Shown here piece by piece: positions 24,788-32,000 of a DNA stretch of 32,000 nt. How positions within the stretch are numbered: the first letter of the stretch is position 1; each line of letters begins with the position of its first letter. Origin of the DNA: Candidatus Brocadia sp. (GTDB taxonomy: Bacteria > Planctomycetota > Brocadiia > Brocadiales > Brocadiaceae). The notes beneath the pieces were generated by a model, which searched no databases, had not been told where the DNA came from, and saw only the letters and a list, made by a program, of their open reading frames with translations. The position numbers were made by a program, and so were the translations under genes. The stretch is from NCBI GenBank assembly GCA_021650915.1, contig CP091279.1:2190001-2222000 (forward strand). Direction: 5' to 3'.

Positions 24788-24856
24788 GAGATTCTTCGGT
24801 CGTTTTACTCCCTCAGAATGACACCATTTGTCATTCCGGGCAAAGCGAGGAATCTC
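24788..24856. repeat. Second copy of the nested palindromic (REP-like) element, intercistronic in the MoxR operon
   Basis: The outer stem pairs GAGATTCTTCG (24788-24798) with CGAGGAATCTC (24846-24856), 10 of 11 positions. The inner stem pairs GAATGACA (24816-24823) with TGTCATTC (24829-24836). It shares the core TGTCATT(G/C)C...AAGCGA(A/G)G(C/G)AATC with 23591-23612. Confidence 0.5.
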
Positions 24857-26258
24857 ATTTCATGTTAAGGCCAGTCCTTTCGATCATCTCTTTTACACCC
24901 TGCAGCATGCTGTCTACCGGCTCTTTTCCCAGATGTCTTCCAAAAATCAGCTCGTCGAGCTGTTTCAATACGGTCTGGATGATCGCTGAAACTTCTTCCG
25001 GAAGTTGTTTTTGCGTATCGTATTTCAGGAAGTCCGACGTCGTGACAGATTGTGCCTGCTCATTTGAAATGCCGATAAGCATACCCGCATACGTCCGCAG
25101 CGCCTTGTTGATGTTGTGAATCGCATTCCTGCTGATGGCTTCATCGTCGGTATACTGAAATGACGCCAAGGTATTTTCCAACCTCTCCAGGGCAATGCGG
25201 GGAGTTTCAACTGCAGGTTTTGGGGCTGCGGGTGACCATCGTCCCGCAAGAGAACGCAAGGTCGTTATCCCTAAAAAAACAAACAAAAGAATACCTGCCC
25301 CCATCGGTAAATATCCATGGGAAAAGACGTCTTTCCGGGAATATGACATGGGGCCCTTGATCCCTTCCAATGGCACGTCCACCGCCTTGAGAAGGCTGTT
25401 TAGAATGACAGGAATAGACGCAGTCTTTACTTCCTGCGTTTCAATAAGCGTACTCCCGGACTTTGCAGCATCAGATTGCGAAGGCGACTCTTCGTAATAC
25501 AAAACCGTGAGCTCAGGAATTTCAGCGGCCTTTTTTTTCCCTGTCAATTCATAGAGGGAAAGCGTGTAGGTTATGAGTGTTTTTTCAGTGGTCCCTTCCG
25601 CACTTTTCTTTATCTCCCTTTGCAGGACTTCAAAGGGAGAAAAATTCAGTTTTTCAATGCTTTCCCACAACAAGTTTACCTTTTTTTCATGCCGTATGGT
25701 AAGGGTATAGGTAATCCGGTCGCCAATGGCAATGACATCCCTATCCACCTTGCCTTCCACATGAATTGGCACCTTTTTAATGGCAACGGGCGCAGAGGTT
25801 GCCATGCCCTCCGTCTTATCTACCTCGTTCCGGTACGGAAGGGAAAAGGCCGGGATTGAATAGATACCCGTCTTGACGTCTGAAGGCAAAGAAAGGGCAT
25901 AGGTAACGACGGCATAGTCATGTTCATTATCAAAGATTTGACGTTCCCCTACGGTTACATTTTCTACCGTAAAGGGAGAAAATGTTATCTTGCCCATCCC
26001 TTCCAGATTAACCGTCACTCCCAGCTTCCACATGATCTGAACGGTCAAATGCAATGTCTTCCCTGTAATGAGCCGGTAATCATCAATAAAGGTCCAGATT
26101 TCCAGGGGCTGGTCTGTCAGGGCAAACTCCGCTACCTCCACCTCCACCGCCGGCGCTGGTATCTGGGGTTGCTCCTGAGCGTATGCACGCATAAAACTAT
26201 TTCCCGGGAAAATTGCGCCGATAATGCCCATCCATAGGGCGATCCTGATATATTTCAT
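24855..26258 (-). CDS. Exported/membrane protein of the MoxR-DUF58-VWA operon (BatD-like; function uncertain)
   Basis: This 467-aa ORF has a signal peptide (MKYIRIALWMGIIGAIFPGNSFMRAYA) and a TM helix near residue 325 (LPMGAGILLFVFLGITTL). Its position is equivalent to BatD-type proteins in aerotolerance-type operons. Its ATG overlaps the DUF58 stop (ATGA). Confidence 0.5.
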   Translation of the reverse strand: MKYIRIALWMGIIGAIFPGNSFMRAYAQEQPQIPAPAVEVEVAEFALTDQPLEIWTFIDDYRLITGKTLHLTVQIMWKLGVTVNLEGMGKITFSPFTVENVTVGERQIFDNEHDYAVVTYALSLPSDVKTGIYSIPAFSLPYRNEVDKTEGMATSAPVAIKKVPIHVEGKVDRDVIAIGDRITYTLTIRHEKKVNLLWESIEKLNFSPFEVLQREIKKSAEGTTEKTLITYTLSLYELTGKKKAAEIPELTVLYYEESPSQSDAAKSGSTLIETQEVKTASIPVILNSLLKAVDVPLEGIKGPMSYSRKDVFSHGYLPMGAGILLFVFLGITTLRSLAGRWSPAAPKPAVETPRIALERLENTLASFQYTDDEAISRNAIHNINKALRTYAGMLIGISNEQAQSVTTSDFLKYDTQKQLPEEVSAIIQTVLKQLDELIFGRHLGKEPVDSMLQGVKEMIERTGLNMK

Positions 26259-27109
26259 CTTCTCCTTCTTCCCCCTCTCCTTATACGCCTGTCGAAAAAC
26301 TCAGAGATTTTTTTTATCCATACTTCCTCATCTTCATCCGTAAATAACGGAATATAATCGATATTTAACTTCTTCAATAACGTCAGGCAAGGCAGAAATC
26401 CTTCCTGCGCAGTTGCAATGCCCAGTGGTTTTATCATGCCGGTCTCCATATCTTGCACCGTGAGAAATCCCCTTGCGTAAGGCAAGGCATTCTCTCTTCT
26501 GTCTGAAATGATCACGGGGACGATCTCGTGAAAAGAGGAAAGCGTTTTCAGAGATTGCTCGTAATTGTAGGGCGCCAGGAAATCCGACAAGATAAACACG
26601 AGGGCTGGCTGGTGTATTTTTTCATGCAAAAAGGTAAACGCCTTGTGAAAATCGGTATGTCTGCCTGCAGGTGTTGCAGGGACAATGCTTTTTGCCCGGA
26701 TAAACGCCTCTTTCTCGCCGGCTTGTGGCTGGATAAAGTTCTCTACCCTGTCGGTAAAGGTAAGAAAGCCGATTTCATTGCCGGCCTCCGAAGCTGCGTG
26801 GACAAGGGTAAAAAGAATGGCTGATTGAACATCTTCTTTTGTGTGGCAAAACGACCCAAACTTCTCCGACCGGCTTTTATCTACCAGAAAGATAATCGTG
26901 ACCCGTTTATCCACGAATTTCATGCGTACATGAAGCCTCCCCGTCTTTGCCGTCGCTTTCCAGTCGATGGCTCTACAATCATCTCCCGGCTGGTATTGCC
27001 GGAGCTCGTCAAGTTCCAGTCCGTGGAGTGCATTCATGTAGCTGGAAAATGATCCTGCAAAGAGGTTTCCAATCAATCGCTGCAGAGTAAGCCGAATCCT
27101 TTTCTTCAT
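26255..27109 (-). CDS. DUF58 domain protein
   Basis: LRQYQPGDDCRAIDWKATAKTGRLHVRMKF is the DUF58 signature. It sits in the canonical position directly after moxR. Confidence 0.85.
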   Translation of the reverse strand: MKKRIRLTLQRLIGNLFAGSFSSYMNALHGLELDELRQYQPGDDCRAIDWKATAKTGRLHVRMKFVDKRVTIIFLVDKSRSEKFGSFCHTKEDVQSAILFTLVHAASEAGNEIGFLTFTDRVENFIQPQAGEKEAFIRAKSIVPATPAGRHTDFHKAFTFLHEKIHQPALVFILSDFLAPYNYEQSLKTLSSFHEIVPVIISDRRENALPYARGFLTVQDMETGMIKPLGIATAQEGFLPCLTLLKKLNIDYIPLFTDEDEEVWIKKISEFFDRRIRRGGRRRR

Positions 27110-27114
27110 CTGGC

Positions 27115-28110
27115 TTATTCCAATATGGGAACCTGATGAAGGATTTTCTCAATAATATCGTCAGCATCGATGCCCTGGGATTCTGCCTCATGAGTAAGAA
27201 TGATTCTGTGCCGTAAAACAGGATAAGCCATGTCGTGGATATGTTCGGGCAATACCATGTCGTCTCCGTGAATAAAGGCATACACACGGGATGCCCGCGC
27301 TAAGGCGATGGTAGCCCTGGGTGAGGCGCCGTACATCACAAGATTTTTTATCGTACCGTTGCCGGCTTCCGGCCTTGTTGCCCTGACTAATCGGGTAATA
27401 TATTTTATCGTGACTGATGTCCCATGCAATGGCAACCACTCGGAAATCATATGCCGGAAAGAGAGCACCTCCCGGGGGGATAAAACAACCGCCAGTTCTT
27501 CTTCACCGTCCCGAATCTGCCTTTCTGTGATTTCTCGTTCGTCTCCGTAGGGCGGATAATGAATTTTCAGTTTGAACATAAATCGGTCAATTTCAGCTTC
27601 AGGCAACAGATAGGTACCCGAAATCTCAATCGGATTTTGTGTCGCCAGCACAAGGAAGAGTTTTTCCAGAGGGTAGGTCTCCCGGCCAATCGTTACCTGC
27701 CTCTCCTGCATTGCCTCAAGTAAAGCGCTCTGCACCTTTGCCGGTGCGCGGTTAATTTCATCGGCCAGCAGGAGATTGGTAAACACAGGGCCTTTTTGTA
27801 ACCGGCTTTTTCTTGTTTCCGGGTCCCACATTTCAAACCCGGTGATATCGCCGGGAATAAGATCAGGCGTAAATTGCACCCTTTGGAATTTTGCATCCAA
27901 TATCCGGGCAACGGTTTTTACCGCAACGGTCTTTCCAAGTCCAGGATACCCTTCCAGCAGGATATGACCATCCGAGAGCAAGGCGACAATGATCCCCTCG
28001 ATCAATTCTTCCTGGCCGACAATGACCTTTCCCACTTCCCGTTTCATGGTTTCGACCTTTTCTTTTACAAAATTTCTATCCCGTATCACGGTTTTTAACC
28101 TAGTCTTCAC
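27115..28110 (-). CDS. MoxR-family AAA+ ATPase
   Basis: Seen: VGQEELIEGIIVALLSDGHILLEGYPGLGKT (Walker A), LLADEINRAPAKVQSALLEAMQERQVTI (Walker B/sensor) and ASPRATIALARA. The start is GTG at 28110. An alternative ATG at 28047 is possible. Confidence 0.9.
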   Translation of the reverse strand: MKTRLKTVIRDRNFVKEKVETMKREVGKVIVGQEELIEGIIVALLSDGHILLEGYPGLGKTVAVKTVARILDAKFQRVQFTPDLIPGDITGFEMWDPETRKSRLQKGPVFTNLLLADEINRAPAKVQSALLEAMQERQVTIGRETYPLEKLFLVLATQNPIEISGTYLLPEAEIDRFMFKLKIHYPPYGDEREITERQIRDGEEELAVVLSPREVLSFRHMISEWLPLHGTSVTIKYITRLVRATRPEAGNGTIKNLVMYGASPRATIALARASRVYAFIHGDDMVLPEHIHDMAYPVLRHRIILTHEAESQGIDADDIIEKILHQVPILE

Positions 28111-28196
28111 AGCTCATTATCCCCCCCTCTGAATTTTTATTTCACAGGTTTTTTTCAGCCAACATGCTCCATTGCGCACCCACCTCTAACCGCAGA

Positions 28197-28225
28197 ATTA
28201 TATATTTTTATTTTTGTGTTTACAA
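28197..28225 (-). promoter_or_regulatory. Sigma70-type promoter for the MoxR operon
   Basis: The minus strand reads TTGTAA (complement of 28220-28225), a 17-nt spacer, then TATAAT (complement of 28197-28202). Confidence 0.45.
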
Positions 28226-28326
28226 ACAAATAATAATTCTTTATTGCCACAACTCAATGCAATTTCAGTAAGATAGCGCATTATGCAGAAAAAAATTTTC
28301 ACAAAAACAAATCCTGCTTCACGCTT

Positions 28327-28342
28327 TGGCATTTTATATGCT
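28327..28342 (+). promoter_or_regulatory. Possible sigma54 (-24/-12) promoter upstream of the GltS-like gene
   Basis: TGGCATTTTATATGCT has correct GG-N10-GC spacing. There is one mismatch in each element relative to TGGCAC / TTGCW. Confidence 0.3.
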
Positions 28343-28382
28343 CTTTTCTCCGGAGCACTCTCGCTTTCCTGATAAATTTGTA

Positions 28383-28411
28383 TTGACAGTAAATTTAAAA
28401 AGGTGTATATA
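28383..28411 (+). promoter_or_regulatory. Sigma70-type promoter for the GltS-like gene
   Basis: TTGACA (28383-28388), a 17-nt spacer, then TATATA (28406-28411). It lies about 85 nt upstream of the ATG at 28497. Confidence 0.55.
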
Positions 28412-28496
28412 TTCAAAGTTTCAATTGCAAATATTGAATACCCTATTAATTATCAGTTACTTTTGATAAATCTCTTCATCAGAAAGGGGTTTGAAA

Positions 28497-30170
28497 ATGT
28501 CTTTTTCAAAACCAAATGCGTCAGCGGCAACACGTACAAAAAACAGAACACCAAGTGACCGAACGTCTGCAAGTGGCATGTGTTCGGTTTGTGTAGATGA
28601 CTGTCCGGGTATATGTGAAATTGGAAAATCAGCCTACAGAGCGTCTGAAAATCTGTATCCACAGCCGTTTGGCATAATCACTGCCGGAGCAGATAAAGAA
28701 TATCCGGTAGATTTTTCACACTTAAATATTATGGGGACAGCCGTCGGAGCCGTGGGAATTGAAGCCGACAGTGACAAGGCAATCTTTGAGAACGTAAACA
28801 CGGAAACGAGGCTGGGGAACGACAAGGGAATTAAGCTGCGATTGCCGATCATGATACCAGGTCTTGGATCGACGAACGTTGCCAAGACACACTGGGATGG
28901 GTTGGCTATCGGTTCTGCCATTTCCGGGACAGGCCTAACGATTGGGGAAAATGTCGGCGGCATGGATGTCAATACCAGATTAGAAAACGGAAAAATAACC
29001 CATTGCCCTGATATCGAATACCGGGTAAAGGCCTATCAGGACTGGCAAAAGGACGGATACGGCGTTATCGTAATGCAGGAAAATGTTGAAGACAGCAGAT
29101 TAGGCGTCCTTGAGTATGGCGTAAACAAATTAGGGGTGCAGGCCGTAGAACTGAAATGGGGGCAAGGCGCCAAGGATATTGGCGGAGAAGTTAAGATTAA
29201 CTCGCTTGAAAAGGCAAGATTGCTGCGAGACCGTGGTTATATCGTGCTTCCCGACCCCTATGATAATAATACTGTCTCCGTTTTTGGCAAGGCCTTTAAG
29301 GAATTTGAAAGACATTCCAGGGTTGGAATGGTCAATGAAGAAGGCTTTGTAAAACGGATTGGAGAATTAAGGAAGGCCGGCGCAAAGTATGTGTTTCTGA
29401 AGACGGGTGCCTATCGGCCAGCAGACCTTGCCAGGGCAGTGCGTTACTGTTCCGTCGCCAAGGTTGATGTTTTGACCGTGGATGGGGCTGGCGGTGGCAC
29501 GGGTATGAGCCCGTGGCATATGATGAACGAGTGGGGGGTACCAACATTATACCTTGCTTCCCTTACCTATAACTACATCCATAAATTAGCTTCTGAAGGC
29601 AAGCATGTGCCGGACGTTATTCTTGCCGGCGGATTTGCGTTCGAGGACGACATCTTTAAGGCTATGGCGCTTGGCGCTCCATACGTCAAAGCAGTGGGTA
29701 TGGCGCGTTCCCCGCTCTGCGCAGCGCATGTTGGAAAGTTAGTTGCCGATCAGATCAAGAAGAACTCCGTTGACAAAACGATAGAGCCCTATGGCAAGAC
29801 GATGGATGAAATTTTCGTGCTGGCGACCAGAGTGAAGAGGCTATTCAATTCGGACGGACGGGAAGTGCCTCCAGGGGCAATTGGGGTGTATTCATACTAC
29901 CAGCGGTTATCTCAGGGGTTGCGACAGTTAATGTGCGGTTCGAGAAAATTTGGACTGGAGCATTTAACACGAAACGATGTCGTCACCCTGACTCGCGAAG
30001 CAGCAGAAGTAACCGGCTTAAGATACATCATGGACGCTGACAGTGAATTGGCAGAACAGATACTGGCGGGAAAAGAAAAAGCTAACGCTAAAGTGGCAGT
30101 AAAGACAAAGCCCAGGGCAACCCCAAAACCTGCGGCAAAGGCAAAAGGCAAGATAAAGAAGAAGAAATAG
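28497..30170 (+). CDS. Glutamate-synthase-related FMN-binding domain protein (COG0069 type) with an N-terminal Cys cluster and a Lys/Ala/Pro-rich C-terminal tail
   Basis: The GltS FMN-domain signature is VLTVDGAGGGTGMSPWHMMNEWGVPT. The N-terminal cluster is CSVCVDDCPGICEIG (C-x2-C-x3-C-x3-C). The tail is KANAKVAVKTKPRATPKPAAKAKGKIKKKK. The ATG at 28497 is preferred over the track TTG at 28491. Confidence 0.8.
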   Translation: MSFSKPNASAATRTKNRTPSDRTSASGMCSVCVDDCPGICEIGKSAYRASENLYPQPFGIITAGADKEYPVDFSHLNIMGTAVGAVGIEADSDKAIFENVNTETRLGNDKGIKLRLPIMIPGLGSTNVAKTHWDGLAIGSAISGTGLTIGENVGGMDVNTRLENGKITHCPDIEYRVKAYQDWQKDGYGVIVMQENVEDSRLGVLEYGVNKLGVQAVELKWGQGAKDIGGEVKINSLEKARLLRDRGYIVLPDPYDNNTVSVFGKAFKEFERHSRVGMVNEEGFVKRIGELRKAGAKYVFLKTGAYRPADLARAVRYCSVAKVDVLTVDGAGGGTGMSPWHMMNEWGVPTLYLASLTYNYIHKLASEGKHVPDVILAGGFAFEDDIFKAMALGAPYVKAVGMARSPLCAAHVGKLVADQIKKNSVDKTIEPYGKTMDEIFVLATRVKRLFNSDGREVPPGAIGVYSYYQRLSQGLRQLMCGSRKFGLEHLTRNDVVTLTREAAEVTGLRYIMDADSELAEQILAGKEKANAKVAVKTKPRATPKPAAKAKGKIKKKK

Positions 30171-30230
30171 CGACACGTATTCTGATTTCTTTCGTCAAAC
30201 GACGGCTAGTAAAAAGGGAATACCATGACA

Positions 30231-30270
30231 GGGTTTTCTCCTATCCGGAAGATAGAAGAAAACCCTTTTT
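30231..30270 (+). terminator. Rho-independent terminator of the GltS-like gene
   Basis: GGGTTTTCT (30231-30239) pairs with AGAAAACCC (30257-30265). An inner CTATC/GATAG stem is present, followed by TTTTTGTTT. It overlaps the TTG at 30269, which argues for the ATG at 30299 as the next gene's start. Confidence 0.7.
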
Positions 30271-30298
30271 GTTTATTCGCACAGGGAGCGCTATTATT

Positions 30299-31567
30299 AT
30301 GAAGAATGGATGTCTGTCAGGTCTCTTTTCGTTTGTATTCCTGATAACCCAATCTTTTTGTCTTGGGCAGGACAGAGAATCCCATGGCAGATTTCTGGTA
30401 AGGGAATATCTGAAAAGCGATACCGAGGCTGAAAGAGAGACCATACTGAAGAAACTGAATGCATTACCAGCTACTTTTGATGAAGTTAAAGAATGGCTGA
30501 AACTTTCTGACGAATATCCGCCCCAACAGCCAGGTTTACACCGGGAATTTGCCCCAGTTGGCGAAAGAAAGGGTGAATATTTTATCTCTGTCCCGTCTTC
30601 TTATACACCGGATCGGTCATGGCCTATGATAATAGCATTGCATGGAGTTGGTGGCAATGGTTATGAAATGGCAATGAAATGGTTAAAGTCAACGACACAT
30701 TATAATGAATTTATTATTGCAGCGCCTACCTACGGATCAGGATTATGGTGGAAAGAAGAGCCGGAAAAACTGGTACTTTCCGTACTGGACAAGGTAAAAC
30801 GGAGTTACCGTATCGATACCAACAGGATTTACCTCACGGGGTTTTCAAGCGGTGGGCACGGGGTGTGGTATTTCGGAATCCGTTATCCCTGGCTTTTTGC
30901 TGCGATAAACCCCATTGCCGGTGAGTGTCCGCTCCCCTCTTTCCTGGTAAACCTGAAAAATGTACCTGTCTTTATCGTTCATGGTCTAAAAGATACCGTT
31001 ATTCCGGTTGAGGCGGGAAGGGATGCGGGTTCCAGGCTGGAAAGACTTCATTATAATGTTCTCTGTCAGGAATTGCCGGAGCTCAAACATCAGTTTCCTG
31101 CAGAGGCGGCCGGAAAGGTGCTTGAATGGTTTCGCATGAATAAGAGGATGCCTTATCCGAAAGAAATACGATTTTCCACCGAATCATTGAAATATTCGTT
31201 TGCGTACTGGATTGAAATAACGGAATTCTCCGAGCTCATAGGACAAGTTCTGGGAGTTTACAAAGATATTTCTGGCAAACTGATAAGACCTGAAGGGGCA
31301 TCGGAGACGGCAAAAATTGAAGGGGTTGTGCAAAAAAAGGATAACGAGATTTTCTTAACTACCCACGGAATAAAGGCGCTGCGTCTTTACCTGGAAGACG
31401 GTTTCGTGGATATGGAAAGCCCCCTTCGCGTATATATCAATGGCAAATTAGTATCGTTTGAAAAGGTGGAAAAGGATATACGAGGCATGCTTGATGCTGC
31501 AAGAAAGAGGAACGACCGCGAGGCCTTGTGTTCCGCTTATGTGGATATAAAAATTCCCCTGGATTAG
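30299..31567 (+). CDS. Secreted alpha/beta-hydrolase (esterase / PHB-depolymerase-like family)
   Basis: The signal-like N-terminus is MKNGCLSGLFSFVFLITQSFCLG. Also seen: IIALHGVGGNG, the nucleophile elbow LTGFSSGGHG, and FIVHGLKDTVIP. An additional ~130-aa C-terminal region has unknown function. Confidence 0.7.
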   Translation: MKNGCLSGLFSFVFLITQSFCLGQDRESHGRFLVREYLKSDTEAERETILKKLNALPATFDEVKEWLKLSDEYPPQQPGLHREFAPVGERKGEYFISVPSSYTPDRSWPMIIALHGVGGNGYEMAMKWLKSTTHYNEFIIAAPTYGSGLWWKEEPEKLVLSVLDKVKRSYRIDTNRIYLTGFSSGGHGVWYFGIRYPWLFAAINPIAGECPLPSFLVNLKNVPVFIVHGLKDTVIPVEAGRDAGSRLERLHYNVLCQELPELKHQFPAEAAGKVLEWFRMNKRMPYPKEIRFSTESLKYSFAYWIEITEFSELIGQVLGVYKDISGKLIRPEGASETAKIEGVVQKKDNEIFLTTHGIKALRLYLEDGFVDMESPLRVYINGKLVSFEKVEKDIRGMLDAARKRNDREALCSAYVDIKIPLD

Positions 31568-31705
31568 CACCATTTAAACCGGGGATATCAGTCACTACCT
31601 GGCGTATTTCCGCTATAAGCGGGTAAAAACAGGCATTCCGTCACGGAATAACCTTGGTAATACCGGTTCAAATGCATTCCGTTCTGATCCGCGGCCTTTA
31701 ATTCA

Positions 31706-31734
31706 TTGACACATTTTTCAAAAATCGTTATAGT
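31706..31734 (+). promoter_or_regulatory. Sigma70-type promoter for the tRNA-binding-domain gene
   Basis: TTGACA (31706-31711), a 17-nt spacer, then TATAGT (31729-31734). Confidence 0.6.
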
Positions 31735-31854
31735 TATAAAAAAATAAATAAGCCTTGTCTTCGTCTCTTATTAACTGCCACATTCGTTTTTGCCGACTAC
31801 CAAGTTTATCGCACGTTTTAAAGAGGCTTATTCATTTTTTACGAAAGGTTTACC

Positions 31855-32000
31855 ATGATCTCGATAGAGGATTTTTTAAAGATAGACCTGCGGGTAGCTG
31901 AAGTAAGGCACGCAGAGCCTCACCCAAACGCGGACAAACTCCTGATACTGAAGATTGATGCGGGTGACGGAATGGAAGGCAGGCAGATCGTTGCCGGAAT
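31855..32000 (+). CDS. Stand-alone tRNA-binding domain protein (CsaA/Trbp111-like), N-terminal 48 codons; continues past the window end
   Basis: My own translation gives [48 protein letters not shown]. This matches the tRNA_bind (EMAP/MetRS C-terminal) domain pattern F.K.DLRV..I...E.HP.ADKL....D.G. It is not in the ORF track because the window edge truncates it. Confidence 0.8.
   Translation, partial: MISIEDFLKIDLRVAEVRHAEPHPNADKLLILKIDAGDGMEGRQIVAG

Overview
This is an AT-leaning chromosomal segment, roughly low-40s % GC by eye (not computed). The protein content suggests a Planctomycetota or anammox-type (PVC) genome, but that is inference only. Housekeeping genes are present: an htrA fragment, tilS, the ricT(PSP1)-metG pair, folC, and a stand-alone tRNA-binding-domain gene at the 3' edge. 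They are interspersed with envelope and accessory genes: a PLD-like pseudoenzyme, a 17-repeat TPR protein, DUF192, an FGE/SUMF1-domain protein, a MoxR-DUF58-BatD-like-VWA operon, an ADP-forming acyl-CoA synthetase alpha-type protein, a GltS-FMN-domain protein and an alpha/beta hydrolase. The unusual part is 10.8-22.1 kb. It contains: (i) two tandemly duplicated mini PEP-CTERM genes. (ii) An IS110-family transposase gene split at codon 20 by a 1852-bp IS5/IS1182-like element that has inverted repeats, a 4-bp target duplication and its own frameshift, followed by about 0.8 kb of structured non-coding DNA. (iii) A visibly GC-richer two-gene island encoding a leaderless trypsin-like S1 protease and a 71-aa protein. 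This island lies downstream of a good sigma54 promoter, a 94-aa wHTH-like gene and a sigma54 enhancer-binding protein with a non-phosphorylatable receiver domain. (iv) A three-copy minus-strand motif made of a GUGA-capped hairpin with compensatory changes, a variable spacer and a terminator arm. I do not recognise this motif and consider it the best candidate for an undescribed RNA element. (v) A 60-bp palindrome and a MITE-like 213-bp inverted-repeat element in the bEBP/acyl-CoA-synthetase intergenic region. No rRNA, tRNA or CRISPR array was found. All functional calls rest on motif recognition in the translated ORFs. No database search was possible.
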